Part shown: positions 29,027-38,420 of the stretch, piece by piece
Numbering within the stretch: the first letter of the stretch is position 1
Layout of the letters: every line of letters begins with the position of its first letter
Assembly (NCBI GenBank): GCA_016432325.1
Contig: CP066684.1
Location: 768,001-832,000, forward strand
Length of the DNA stretch: 64,000 nucleotides
Reading direction: 5' to 3'
Source: Candidatus Aenigmatarchaeota archaeon
GTDB lineage: Archaea; Aenigmatarchaeota; Aenigmatarchaeia; PWEA01; JACQIF01
Notes under the pieces: model-generated
The model's database searches: none
What the model saw: the letters and a program-made list of their open reading frames with translations, nothing else
What the model was told of the DNA's origin: nothing
Translations under genes and position numbers: made by a program

Positions 29027-29371
29027 CTATTCCAGAAGCGACAGCCTTCCCGTGACCTCGTCTATCGTGGCTTCCGGAGCCGGGCCTATCGCTACGCAAG
29101 TCGCCGTTCCCGGCGGCACTTCTGTCATGCCCGCGTCCTTTATCAGAGCCGCCGCGAGTTTCAGATTGCGTGCGCCTTGGTAAACGTCCATGAGTTCCGT
29201 TTCAGAATTAACCTTCAGAACGACCTTCTTCGAGCCTTCCTTTTCCCAGCCCTTGCGGGCTACGTCACGGGCGTTTTTCCACGCCTGTATCGAGGCGTGG
29301 GCCACCTGCGCGGCTATCTTGCCGCGGCTCATTCCCAGATCCGCGCGGACGACCATTACTTGTTTGTACAT
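29027..29371 (-). CDS. pth2: Peptidyl-tRNA hydrolase 2
   Basis: KQVMVVRADLGMSRGKIAAQVAHA, KKVVLKV, DAGMTEV, AIGP. Confidence 0.95.
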   Translation of the reverse strand: MYKQVMVVRADLGMSRGKIAAQVAHASIQAWKNARDVARKGWEKEGSKKVVLKVNSETELMDVYQGARNLKLAAALIKDAGMTEVPPGTATCVAIGPAPEATIDEVTGRLSLLE

Positions 29372-29511
29372 GCAGTCGCTATGGAAGGCGTGGTTTATAT
29401 CTTCAACACGGAAGACCCGAAGGCGCACGGTTATGTCAGGCTCGCGCTCGCTAGGCCGAAGCGATACGTCGCCAATGCGGCGAAAGAGATTAATAGCTTT
29501 GTCTACAGTCT

Positions 29512-30036
29512 GTGACCATGAAACAGGCGACAGAGCGGATACGCCTCTTCAAGACTGTCAGGGACATCCCCTACCGTATAGCCGTTGGCAGCGAGCAGGA
29601 CTACTGCTGTTCGACGAAGGCGGCAATGCTTGATAAACTGCTGCAGACCACCGGCCTGAGGAGCAGGCACATCGTATGCTATTTCAGGTGGGAGGATTTC
29701 GACATTCCGAAGGACATCATCGCGCTGCCACACGAAGACCCGGAGACACACGAGTATCTCGAGGTTTGGATACCCGAAAAGACGGCTTGGGCCAAGGTGG
29801 ACGCCACGTGGGATTCGCGTATTCGAAACATGAAAATTCCAATAGCCGAGTGGGACGGATTGAGCGACACGAAACTGGCGGTCTCTCCTCTGAAAACACT
29901 CTCACCGGAGAACAGCACGAAATTCATCGACAACGAGACGCAAGACCGCGATGCGTATGAGGCCTACATGGAGAAGAACCGAGAGTTCTTCGTTGCATTG
30001 AACGGCTGGTTGGACTCCATGCGCAGACCGCTCTAA
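29512..30036 (+). CDS. Transglutaminase-like (Cys-His-Asp) protein
   Basis: VRDIPY, YCCSTK, HEYLEV, VDATWD. Confidence 0.7.
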   Translation: MTMKQATERIRLFKTVRDIPYRIAVGSEQDYCCSTKAAMLDKLLQTTGLRSRHIVCYFRWEDFDIPKDIIALPHEDPETHEYLEVWIPEKTAWAKVDATWDSRIRNMKIPIAEWDGLSDTKLAVSPLKTLSPENSTKFIDNETQDRDAYEAYMEKNREFFVALNGWLDSMRRPL

Positions 30037-30860
30037 ACCTTCAGCGTCCCCAATATCCCAATAGAGAAGACGTCTCGCGTGCCAAGCGCGAGCCCGAGTA
30101 TCAGCACGACTATCTTCAGCCACGTCCTGTATTCGGTCTCCTTCACGTCACGGTCGATGTAGTACAGCACGGGCCACACAACCGCGAGTTTCAGGACGAA
30201 CATCACGGCTGGGCTGAGGCCCAGCGTTCCTATGAAGAAGTTCGGCAGGACGTGCTCCTCGACGAGACCGCTGTTGAACTGCAGCGCCGTGAACGTCGCA
30301 GAAGCGTCGAACATGTGCGCCCACAGGATGGCCGCGTTTTCCTTTGTCAGGTACTTCGGCAACAGCGACGACAAAACGTACAGCACCAGCGCCCACCCAA
30401 GCGCTATTCCCATGGCGATGGCCATGCCCCAGTAGTTGGCGACGAACGGAGAGAGGTACGCGAGGTCCGCGGCGATGAGCGTGACGCCTGCTGCTATCAT
30501 GGTCTTGTGATACGGGACACTCCTCCAGCGCTGGAGAAGCAGGGCCGCATAGAATACGGCCAGCGTGACCGCGAACATTATCACGTAGATTCCAGGGGTG
30601 CAGAATGCCGACGCGTATGGCCGCGCGGTAGCCAAGAAAACGTCTCCAACGCTCCTTGTCAGGCCGCCGAGGACTATGAACGGCAGAAGCGCATAAACGA
30701 ACCTGCGGTCCACCCGGACGCGGAACGCCTTGAGCACGTGCGCGTACGTGAACCATACAGCGGCCACGAGAAGCAGGCCGTAGACTATCGTTGATGCAAG
30801 CGTGTAGTGAGAGCAGTACGAGGCTACGAAACTCTCATAAAAGAAATCCTGAAAGACCAA
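30033..30860 (-). CDS. DUF63 family membrane protein
   Basis: TPGIY, AHMFDASATF, EEHVLP, LGLALGTRD. Confidence 0.8.
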   Translation of the reverse strand: MVFQDFFYESFVASYCSHYTLASTIVYGLLLVAAVWFTYAHVLKAFRVRVDRRFVYALLPFIVLGGLTRSVGDVFLATARPYASAFCTPGIYVIMFAVTLAVFYAALLLQRWRSVPYHKTMIAAGVTLIAADLAYLSPFVANYWGMAIAMGIALGWALVLYVLSSLLPKYLTKENAAILWAHMFDASATFTALQFNSGLVEEHVLPNFFIGTLGLSPAVMFVLKLAVVWPVLYYIDRDVKETEYRTWLKIVVLILGLALGTRDVFSIGILGTLKV

Positions 30861-30864
30861 CGGC

Positions 30865-31416
30865 TCACCACTCGCTCAGGGGCACAAACCCTTCAGGCGC
30901 GCTCTTCTTCTCTTCCGCGTTCCGCACTTCATATTCGGGTTGCCTGCTGCGCCTGAAGCTGATGTCGAACGCCATAAGCGCCGACGCGAGCAGCATCCAG
31001 CCCGCGACGACGAACGCGTCGTAGATGCCCGTGAGGTAGAGAGCCGGCAGGACGAAGCCGTTCACGGTGACAGGCAGGCCGGCCAGCCGTCTGGTGAGAT
31101 CGTAACGCGTCAACGATATCGCCGCAGCGATAAGGTAGAGCAGCGGCAAGACGAGCAGGAACGCGTTGAGCGCCAACAGCGTGTCCAGCACGAACAAAGA
31201 AGGAGCGACTCCGAACGCGACGAGCGCGCCCATGGAGCCGAGGCGGTTTGAGAACTCGTCCCGCTTGTTCTTCCACGCCCATAACTCTTCGGCTGTATGA
31301 ACGACCGCCGCGACCAATATCACGTATGCGGCGTTCGCGTCTTTCGATGCCGCCAAGAGAACGGCAAGGAAGCCGATCGACATGACAGCGGCCGTGGTGG
31401 CCTGTATCTGTTTCAT
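30865..31416 (-). CDS. PssA/CDP-alcohol phosphatidyltransferase-like protein with eroded catalytic motif
   Basis: FSNRLGSMGALVAFGVAP, LTRYD, GLPV match PssA, but the Asp residues are missing. Confidence 0.55.
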   Translation of the reverse strand: MKQIQATTAAVMSIGFLAVLLAASKDANAAYVILVAAVVHTAEELWAWKNKRDEFSNRLGSMGALVAFGVAPSLFVLDTLLALNAFLLVLPLLYLIAAAISLTRYDLTRRLAGLPVTVNGFVLPALYLTGIYDAFVVAGWMLLASALMAFDISFRRSRQPEYEVRNAEEKKSAPEGFVPLSEW

Positions 31417-31503
31417 AGTGAACCGGTCCAGATTAGATGCGTCTGATATAAAAGCTACACGCCCCTCCATAACACTTATAAGCGAATGCGCGGAAGTCCA
31501 CGT

Positions 31504-31683
31504 ATGTCCTTATGCAAGAAGTGCGGCGTCCCGGCCAGAGGCTTCAAATGCGACATGTGCGGCGCAGAAACCCCGGTGCACGATGCGAATCACTCCTGCG
31601 GAGCGAGACATCTGATGCCTAAATGCTCCACGTGCAACAAGGCCGAAGTTCTGTGCGGTTGCGCGACCAAGCGGCGCACGTAG
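31504..31683 (+). CDS. Small Cys-rich zinc-finger protein
   Basis: CKKC, CDMC, HSC, CSTC, CGC. Confidence 0.55.
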   Translation: MSLCKKCGVPARGFKCDMCGAETPVHDANHSCGARHLMPKCSTCNKAEVLCGCATKRRT

Positions 31684-32751
31684 TCAGGCCGTCATAACGT
31701 ATAGCTCGTCTGCGCTGTACGCACGGTCGAATATCCTCACTTCGTCCACGAGCCCCTGATAGTTGTTGCCGTAGCCGCTGGCTACCTGCCAGAAGTTGTC
31801 CGACGGCGTCAGCACGCGCGGGTCGTTTACAGTGGCGATGAGAACGCCGTCGTAGTAGTATTTGCTTCTGGGGTTTGTCGTGTTGTCGTAACTGTAGACC
31901 AGATGGTGCCACGTTCCGCGCGCGTCAGAGACGTTTGCGCTTGCGCTCGGCCATCCGGCGCCTCCCCAGTAGAACGCCCACGCCAGGCTCGTCGCCGGCG
32001 CTGTCTGGTTGGACCATCCCATGGCGAACTCGAGCCTCGACGCCTGCGACGGGCCTACGACAACCCATCCCCGCGCCTGGGCCGGATGCGTGTTGGTTGT
32101 GATGTTTGACGGATTTGCCCACGCCTCGACGGTGAAGCGGTCGAATGTGCCGAGCTTGATTGTCATGTTGACGCCGTCTACAGGCGCGCCGTCTGTGTTC
32201 GTGAAACGGAGGGCCGAGCCGAACTTGCCGGTCGTCCGATTAGGAGAGCCGATGAGAGCGCCGTCGCGGCCGTTGCCGCTCGAGTCGCGCACGACAGTTC
32301 CGGAACCTTCCTCGAATCTGAGGTCCTGATAGGCGCCGTCTGCCGTGTCGAGTTCGATGTTTACGGAATCCGAGAAAGACGGACCCGCTATCCTGAGGAC
32401 GTGTTCCCCGCGGCCGCCCGCCCATAAACCTTTCACTGTTATTCTGCCTGTCGAACCCTCTGCGATATCTCCGGGCATCGAGTAGTTCAGAATGGTGCCG
32501 TCGATTGACACGGCCAGAGAATCTTTCTTGATGGATTGTACTCCTATGTTTCTCACAATGGCGTCTTGCTTTTCAACGCCATCTATCTTGAACGACGTGC
32601 CGAGCGCGCCGACCAGCTCCTGCGAACTCCTCTGCCCGGCTTCCGTTTGCGTTCCTGAAAGACGGCCGGTGAAGACCGTATACGCTCCGGCGAGCGAGAG
32701 GACTATGAGAACGAGAATTATCGAGGCAATTACAGGCGATATCCCCTTCAT
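31684..32751 (-). CDS. Archaeal type IV pilin-like protein with LamG domain
   Basis: Class III signal MKGISPVIASIIL; FEEGSG, FTVEAW, WHHLV, DEVRIFDRA. Confidence 0.8.
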   Translation of the reverse strand: MKGISPVIASIILVLIVLSLAGAYTVFTGRLSGTQTEAGQRSSQELVGALGTSFKIDGVEKQDAIVRNIGVQSIKKDSLAVSIDGTILNYSMPGDIAEGSTGRITVKGLWAGGRGEHVLRIAGPSFSDSVNIELDTADGAYQDLRFEEGSGTVVRDSSGNGRDGALIGSPNRTTGKFGSALRFTNTDGAPVDGVNMTIKLGTFDRFTVEAWANPSNITTNTHPAQARGWVVVGPSQASRLEFAMGWSNQTAPATSLAWAFYWGGAGWPSASANVSDARGTWHHLVYSYDNTTNPRSKYYYDGVLIATVNDPRVLTPSDNFWQVASGYGNNYQGLVDEVRIFDRAYSADELYVMTA

Positions 32752-33287
32752 CACCACGGCACCTTCTTCGCCCCTATCTTGTAGCCGATTAGGTTCGCCA
32801 TCAGGTGTATTAGAGGCGTGAACGCGACTATCAAAACCATCGGCACGAAGCGCAGTTCCACGAACGCGTACGAGAGGGCGAACGCGCCCACGACGAAATC
32901 AAGCTGGTCCAACAGCGGCACGGGCTCGCCGCGCGGGACGCCCCATCGTCTTTTCATGAATGACCCCACGAGGTCTCCTATCATGGCTCCCGTCGAAATG
33001 AGGAAAACGGAGAGCGGGCCCAGTTGCGGAAGCGCAACGCTTTTCGTCGCCGCGTACGCCGTCAGACCGGGCTGGTAGTATATCTCTATGAAGCCGACAG
33101 CCGTGCCTATGAAGATTCCGAAGAGCGTGCCCTTCCATGTCTTGCCGCTGCCAAAGACTTGCCGCCCCCCGACCTTCGCTCCCATGTCCAAAGGCGTGCG
33201 CCCGCCTGCGAGAGGCGCGAAGGCGTTGGCGAAGTACGCGGGCAGGATGACCCACAGTCCGATTAGCAGGTCTACGGTTAGGGACAT
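32751..33287 (-). CDS. carS: CDP-archaeol synthase
   Basis: LPAYFAN, GKTWKG, GDLVGSFMKRR, LDQLDF, KKVPW. Confidence 0.9.
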   Translation of the reverse strand: MSLTVDLLIGLWVILPAYFANAFAPLAGGRTPLDMGAKVGGRQVFGSGKTWKGTLFGIFIGTAVGFIEIYYQPGLTAYAATKSVALPQLGPLSVFLISTGAMIGDLVGSFMKRRWGVPRGEPVPLLDQLDFVVGAFALSYAFVELRFVPMVLIVAFTPLIHLMANLIGYKIGAKKVPW

Positions 33288-33339
33288 GGAACAAGACGAA
33301 CGAATGTGTTATAAATAGATTGTCCGTCAGGAAAGATCG

Positions 33340-33810
33340 ATGACAAAGCCGCGGCTTACGATTAGGAATCAGTGGGACGGTGTAGGGATTCTCACCTGCG
33401 GAGGAAGGGCCGTCGAGGCGTCCCCTGTGGGATTGCCGGTCGAACAGACCATGGGTGAGATGGGGCGTCACAAGGGCGACGCCTATCTTGTCATCGGTCT
33501 CGGCCCTGTGCAAAACCGGTCCCGCGGGAACACGTACATTGTTCAGTATTTCGACGTTCCCAATGTGGAAGAGCTTCCTGTGACAAAAGGGGAACATGGA
33601 GTGCTAATGGCCAGTCTCAGGGAGCTCTGCGTTCCTTACTGCGGCATGTCCGGGCTTCGTGGACCGCGCACGCAGAGGACCATCGACAGAATGAGAGCCG
33701 GAAGGTCAAGAGACGTTGCCGTGGCAAAGCACAAAGAGTTGCGCCGCCTCATCACAGACGTGCACGGCACATCGCGCGGCCGATGGGACTACTTCGGTTA
33801 TAGGCTGTAG
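33340..33810 (+). CDS. Hypothetical protein
   Basis: ORF only. Confidence 0.4.
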   Translation: MTKPRLTIRNQWDGVGILTCGGRAVEASPVGLPVEQTMGEMGRHKGDAYLVIGLGPVQNRSRGNTYIVQYFDVPNVEELPVTKGEHGVLMASLRELCVPYCGMSGLRGPRTQRTIDRMRAGRSRDVAVAKHKELRRLITDVHGTSRGRWDYFGYRL

Positions 33811-33827
33811 CTTTTTGGGAATTCGTC

Positions 33828-34112
33828 TCACTCTTTTTCCAGATCATTGAGATTTTTCAGGACCTCGTTTCTATCAGACTCGTCTACGAACATAGCCACA
33901 AGCTCTCTGGCAGATTCGAAATCGCGTTTAATTGTTTCTATGAACGCATCGTACACCGCCTTGTAGCCGCGGCTTCCTGCTATCTGTCTATCGAAAATGA
34001 AGCCGCACCTGAGCCACAGTTCGTCTATCTTCTCGGGAGGCAACTTCATTATTCTTTTCGTTAATTCGTCTATTTCGTCGTTCGTGAAGCTGCTGGGTCC
34101 CATTTTCCTCAT
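33828..34112 (-). CDS. Hypothetical helical protein
   Basis: Start trimmed so it does not overlap tRNA-Arg. Confidence 0.45.
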   Translation of the reverse strand: MRKMGPSSFTNDEIDELTKRIMKLPPEKIDELWLRCGFIFDRQIAGSRGYKAVYDAFIETIKRDFESARELVAMFVDESDRNEVLKNLNDLEKE

Positions 34113-34143
34113 GCAACCGTCTCTTATATTTCGAATGTTGTTA

Positions 34144-34379
34144 TGGCGCCCCCGGTGGGAATTGCGTTCGGCCTTTCGAAGAGTGGCCGGAGTGCAGACA
34201 CGGGTGTCTGCTTTCGAACCCACGACCCCAAGGTGTCTGCCTTTGCAGAAATCTGCAAAAACCGCAACCTTGTGCTCCATATGCTCAAGTCCGCAAAGGG
34301 ACTTTTCGTGAACGTTTTTGCGCGTTTAGCCTATGCGCATTGGCGCAAAAAGGTTCTTTCCAAGCTGAGCCACGGGGGC
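34144..34379 (-). tRNA. tRNA-Arg(GCG) with three introns (D-loop ~34278-34356, 79 nt; 37/38 at 34235-34261, 27 nt; T-loop ~34161-34212, 52 nt)
   Basis: GCCCCCG/CGGGGGC-G-CCA; CAAGG-TTGCGGA-CCTTG; canonical BHB at 37/38; splicing gives a 78-nt cloverleaf. Confidence 0.88.
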
Positions 34380-34458
34380 TTTGTGCCGTTTAAATACCTT
34401 TCTCGGTCTACTAGACTTCCGCAACAACTATATAAAACGTCAAACGAAGTGGATCCGC

Positions 34459-34635
34459 ATGCAATCAACCGCGCAAGATACAATGTGCACAACCTGTGGC
34501 AAGAGCGTCTTCGGAGCGTCGCAGAGCGTCCGCTTCCTGTGCCCGCGCTGCGGAGCCGCAGAGATCGTGCGCTGCAAGGACTGCCGCGTGCTCAAGAACA
34601 AGTACGCGTGCGGTTGCGGATTCACAGGACCATGA
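34459..34635 (+). CDS. DUF1610/HVO_2753-like zinc-finger protein
   Basis: CTTCG, FLCPRCG, RCKDCR, YACGCGFTGP. Confidence 0.85.
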   Translation: MQSTAQDTMCTTCGKSVFGASQSVRFLCPRCGAAEIVRCKDCRVLKNKYACGCGFTGP

Positions 34636-34703
34636 GGGACCAGTAAATGCATGAAACTGCGGTTTCATATTTACTGCTCAGAAGCGTAAAGAGGGACAAG
34701 TAA

Positions 34704-35129
34704 ATGCCGGGAATGTTCGCTGCAAGGAAGCTCAAGAATCGAAGGCAACACCTGAGATGGAAGGAGGTAAAGTACAGGACGCGCACCCTGAAACTCAAGG
34801 AGAAGAAAGACCCGTTGGAAGGCGCCCCTCAGGCCCGCGGAATCGTGCTGGAAAAGCGCACGATTGAACAGAAGCAACCTTCTTCAGGACTTGCGAAAGC
34901 CGTACGCATTCAGCTCATCAAGAACAACAAGCAGATAACCGCGTTCCTGCCGAGAGACGGCGCGGTGAAGCACGTGGACGAGCACGACATCGTTCACGTT
35001 CAGGGACTGCACGGCTCGCAGGGCGGCGCCAAAGGCTCCCTGTGGGGCGTGAAGTGGGCCGTCTTCAAGGTCAACGACATAGCGCTCGAACAACTCAGAA
35101 CCGGCAAGAAACAGAAGCCGAGCAGGTAG
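34704..35129 (+). CDS. rps12: 30S ribosomal protein uS12 (archaeal)
   Basis: DPLEGAPQARGIVLEK, KQPSS, QLIKN. Confidence 0.95.
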   Translation: MPGMFAARKLKNRRQHLRWKEVKYRTRTLKLKEKKDPLEGAPQARGIVLEKRTIEQKQPSSGLAKAVRIQLIKNNKQITAFLPRDGAVKHVDEHDIVHVQGLHGSQGGAKGSLWGVKWAVFKVNDIALEQLRTGKKQKPSR

Positions 35130-35137
35130 GCGACACT

Positions 35138-35734
35138 ATGGACATGAAATTCTTCAACAAGTGGCCGGGAAACGTGGAAACGAAGGACCTCGGGCTCGCG
35201 ACATACATGAACACTAAGCCAACGCTCGTCCCGAGAAAATCCCACGGTCGCCATGCCCAGCACCAGTTCTACAAGAGCGACGTGTCGATAGTCGAACGCC
35301 TCATGAACCACATGTTCACTCCGGGCCACCGCGGCAAGCGCCACAAGTACACGTCGGGCCAGTGCTCGGGCAACTCTTTCACCAACTACGAGAACGTCAA
35401 GAGCGCCTTCGGGATCATAGAGCAGAAGACAGGAAAGAATCCCCTTGAGATTTTGGTGAAGGCGATAGAGAACGCCGCTCTCCGCGAGGAGGTCTCTTCT
35501 TATCAGATCGGCTCCATGATAGCGCGAAAAGCCGTCATCACGTCGCCTCAGAGGCGCATCGACCTTGCGATGAGATTCATGGCGCAGGGCGCGTACAGTC
35601 GCACGCACGGCTCCAAGAAGGCGATTGCGCAGACGCTCGCCGACGAGATAATAGCCGCGTCCAACAACTCGAAAGACTCGTACGCGATACAAGAGCGCGA
35701 CCGCCTCGAACGCGAAGCAGAAGGGGCGCGCTAA
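35138..35734 (+). CDS. rps7: 30S ribosomal protein uS7 (archaeal)
   Basis: IVERLMN, NPLEILVKAIEN, SPQRRID, LADEII. Confidence 0.95.
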   Translation: MDMKFFNKWPGNVETKDLGLATYMNTKPTLVPRKSHGRHAQHQFYKSDVSIVERLMNHMFTPGHRGKRHKYTSGQCSGNSFTNYENVKSAFGIIEQKTGKNPLEILVKAIENAALREEVSSYQIGSMIARKAVITSPQRRIDLAMRFMAQGAYSRTHGSKKAIAQTLADEIIAASNNSKDSYAIQERDRLEREAEGAR

Positions 35735-35770
35735 ACGCATTTTATAAGCCAGCCCGACGCAACCTTCCTC

Positions 35771-36388
35771 ATGTCTCTCCGCGACTACGAGAAGATCGAG
35801 CAGAAGATAACGAAGGAGGAGTTGCGAGAGCTGCATAAAATTTGGGGACTCACGCACAAGGACTTCACTGAAATCTTTGCGGCCGAAACCCTCGCGCTGA
35901 CGGGCAGTGTTTTGACAGGAGTTGTCTTGGCGATCTTCCTCAACAGACTCGAACTGGTACCGGCCTTCTTCATCGCTCTGCCCGGCTTCCTAGAGATGCG
36001 CGGCGCTGTCGGAGGCTCCCTCTCCGCGCGCCTCAGTTCCGCGATGTTCGTCGGTCATCTCAAACCAACGATCAGAAACAACCACATTCTCAGAGGCAAC
36101 GTGTTCGCGACGTTCGTTCTGACAATTGTCGGCGCCCTCTTCCTCGGGCTCGTTGCTTACTTCATCGAACTCGCGCTCTTCGGCATAGCGTTCCCGCAAA
36201 TCATAACCATCCTGCTGCTGGCGAGCGTCATCTCGAACCTCATAGAGATTCCGCTCACCGTCGCGACGACATTCGCTCTCTTCAAGCGCGACGTTGACCC
36301 GAACAACGTGATGGGCCCGTACGTCACCACCCAGGCCGACGTAGTAAGCGTGGCGAGCGTGCTGATTGCAATAGTGTTGATATTATGA
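35771..36388 (+). CDS. MgtE/SLC41-type cation transporter, membrane domain 1
   Basis: RGAVGGSLSARLSS, DPNNVMGPYVTTQAD. Confidence 0.8.
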   Translation: MSLRDYEKIEQKITKEELRELHKIWGLTHKDFTEIFAAETLALTGSVLTGVVLAIFLNRLELVPAFFIALPGFLEMRGAVGGSLSARLSSAMFVGHLKPTIRNNHILRGNVFATFVLTIVGALFLGLVAYFIELALFGIAFPQIITILLLASVISNLIEIPLTVATTFALFKRDVDPNNVMGPYVTTQADVVSVASVLIAIVLIL

Positions 36389-37071
36389 GAAACCTGTTCA
36401 AGAGTCTGGCGAAGAAACCGAGGAGACGCTACCACCCTCTCCAGCATAAGATAAAGGAGAAACACGGGCTCTCTAAACGCACGGTCTTTTTCATGAAGGA
36501 GTACGGTCCGCACTCGCACGTTATGACGAACATACTCCGCGAGAGCGTTCCGATAGTGCTCCTGAGCGCGATCATCAGTTCTCTTGGAGGCGTTGCATTG
36601 GAAGATATGCGCAGCCAGTTTGCGATGGTGCTGCCTCTCATAATGATTGTTCCTGCCCTCAACCACATGGTAGGCAGCTTCGGCACCATCGTCGCCTCCA
36701 GATTCACGACAGCGCTCTTCCAAGGCAAGATTCGCGAAAGGTGGTGGAAGATACACTTCCTGCACAGGCTCTTCTGGATGATGTTCGCGATAGCCGTTGT
36801 CTCCGCAGTTTACGTTGCGTCCCTGGCCGCGATAGCCTCTCTGCTGCTCGGCAGCCCGATAGACGTCGCCGTCTACGAGAAACTCATAATGACTACAATG
36901 GCCTCGGCTGTCTTGCTGACCGGCCTGATATTCAACATTTCCGTCGTCGGCGGCCTCTGGATATACAAACGCGGCGAGGACCCGAATAACTTCCTGATTC
37001 CCATCACGACCGCGCTCGCGGACTTCGGTTCTCTCATCGTTTTTGCTTATCTCGTGACGGTCTTTTTCTGA
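36385..37071 (+). CDS. MgtE/SLC41-type cation transporter, membrane domain 2
   Basis: GSFGTIVASRFTT, DPNNFLIPITTALAD. Confidence 0.8.
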   Translation: MRNLFKSLAKKPRRRYHPLQHKIKEKHGLSKRTVFFMKEYGPHSHVMTNILRESVPIVLLSAIISSLGGVALEDMRSQFAMVLPLIMIVPALNHMVGSFGTIVASRFTTALFQGKIRERWWKIHFLHRLFWMMFAIAVVSAVYVASLAAIASLLLGSPIDVAVYEKLIMTTMASAVLLTGLIFNISVVGGLWIYKRGEDPNNFLIPITTALADFGSLIVFAYLVTVFF

Positions 37072-37123
37072 GCGACAAACGTTTAGCAGAAGGTTTAAAT
37101 TCGTTGGCATCGCAATACAACAG

Positions 37124-37357
37124 ATGGGCGCGTCACATGCGTTGGACGGGATTCCAGAACGGATAGCAGATTTGCAGTCTGGCCTGAGGACCACGAAACC
37201 GGACCATCCGCTCCTCGGACTGGTCTACGTACATGAGTCGGGCATCGGCTTTACCAAAGCGTTCCTGAAGCGCTATAGCGGCGACGCGGTGACGCAAGGC
37301 CTGCCGCAGTACGTGGCGGATCTGGAGAGGGCCGTCGACGCCCTGCCAGTATCTTAA
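37124..37357 (+). CDS. Hypothetical protein
   Basis: TTTAAA box upstream, ATG start. Confidence 0.4.
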   Translation: MGASHALDGIPERIADLQSGLRTTKPDHPLLGLVYVHESGIGFTKAFLKRYSGDAVTQGLPQYVADLERAVDALPVS

Positions 37358-37390
37358 CGAGCATTTAATCCTTTGCGCGCAAAGCGCAGT

Positions 37391-37621
37391 ATGCCGATAA
37401 TCGTATCCATCACGCCAGAAGCTCTGGAAACAGGCCACTACACCCATGGAGGCAAGCTCGCCAAGGCGTGTCCTATGCACCCGTACGTGATGGCCGGCAG
37501 CGAGAGCCTTGCCGTCCCCATAAGCGAAGCGACAGAGCGCAGGGGCCAATCGTACGCCACGAGGTACGTCGGCTCCGTATGCATGACGTGCGGCACGTGG
37601 CTGACGCGTAACGGTCACTGA
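37391..37621 (+). CDS. Hypothetical protein, possible Zn ribbon
   Basis: CPMH...CMTC. Confidence 0.35.
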   Translation: MPIIVSITPEALETGHYTHGGKLAKACPMHPYVMAGSESLAVPISEATERRGQSYATRYVGSVCMTCGTWLTRNGH

Positions 37622-37673
37622 CGCGAATAAGGCCTTTTTATACCTTTCCACCAACTCTTTCTGTTGATTTATC

Positions 37674-38411
37674 ATGCCGGTTATTGAAGCTCTTGTCGAA
37701 GGCGGGAAGGCCAGCGCAGCGCCTCCGCTCGGACCGGCTCTCGGCCCGGCAGGCGTGCCCATACCCAAAGTCATAGCGGCGATAAACGAGAAAACGAAGG
37801 ACTTCGTCGGCATGCAGGTTCCGGTAAAAATCATAGTGCGCGATGACAAGTCCTTCGAAATAACCGTCGGAACGCCTCCTGTTTCTGCGATGATTAAGAA
37901 GGAAGCGAAGCTCGAGAAACTCTCGGGCAAGCCGAAGACCGAGCGTCTTGCTGATTTGGCCATCGAACAGGTCATCAAGATAGCCAAGAACAAGCTGGAC
38001 GGACTTAATACCCGCCAGGCCCGCGCCGCGGTGAAGCAGGTAGTGGGCACGTGCGTCTCTTCAGGAATTCTCGTGGAAGGCAAGGATCCGAAAATCGTTC
38101 AGAAGGAAATAGACGCCGGCGCGTACGACGACAAGATTCTCAAATGGAAGACCGAGCTGAGCACAGAAGAGCTCAAGAGGCTCGACGAGGAGAAGAAGAA
38201 GCTCGTCGAGGCCGCGGCGAAACTGCACGCGGAACAGCGCGCCTCGGGAGAAGCGATACTCAAGTCTCTGGAAGGCAGGCCGCGCCACGAAATCGTCGCG
38301 AAGATGGAGGAAGCCAAGCTGCCGACGGACCTCATCAACGAGCTCGTGCCAGCGACGAAGAAAGCCGAAAGCGCCGCGCCTGCCGCTCCGGCCGCGCCGG
38401 CGAAGAAGTAA
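37674..38411 (+). CDS. rpl11: 50S ribosomal protein uL11 with long C-terminal extension
   Basis: GGKASAAPPLGPALGP, VPVKI, VGTCVSSG. Confidence 0.93.
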   Translation: MPVIEALVEGGKASAAPPLGPALGPAGVPIPKVIAAINEKTKDFVGMQVPVKIIVRDDKSFEITVGTPPVSAMIKKEAKLEKLSGKPKTERLADLAIEQVIKIAKNKLDGLNTRQARAAVKQVVGTCVSSGILVEGKDPKIVQKEIDAGAYDDKILKWKTELSTEELKRLDEEKKKLVEAAAKLHAEQRASGEAILKSLEGRPRHEIVAKMEEAKLPTDLINELVPATKKAESAAPAAPAAPAKK

Positions 38412-38420
38412 TCTCTTGGC

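Noticed and set aside
34143-34646. 167-aa ORF and the N-terminal extension of 33828-34280
   Set aside because: They overlap the three-intron tRNA-Arg.
35771-37071. Split MgtE as a frameshift or pseudogene
   Set aside because: Two complete paralogous domains with an ATGA overlap; an ordinary two-gene arrangement.
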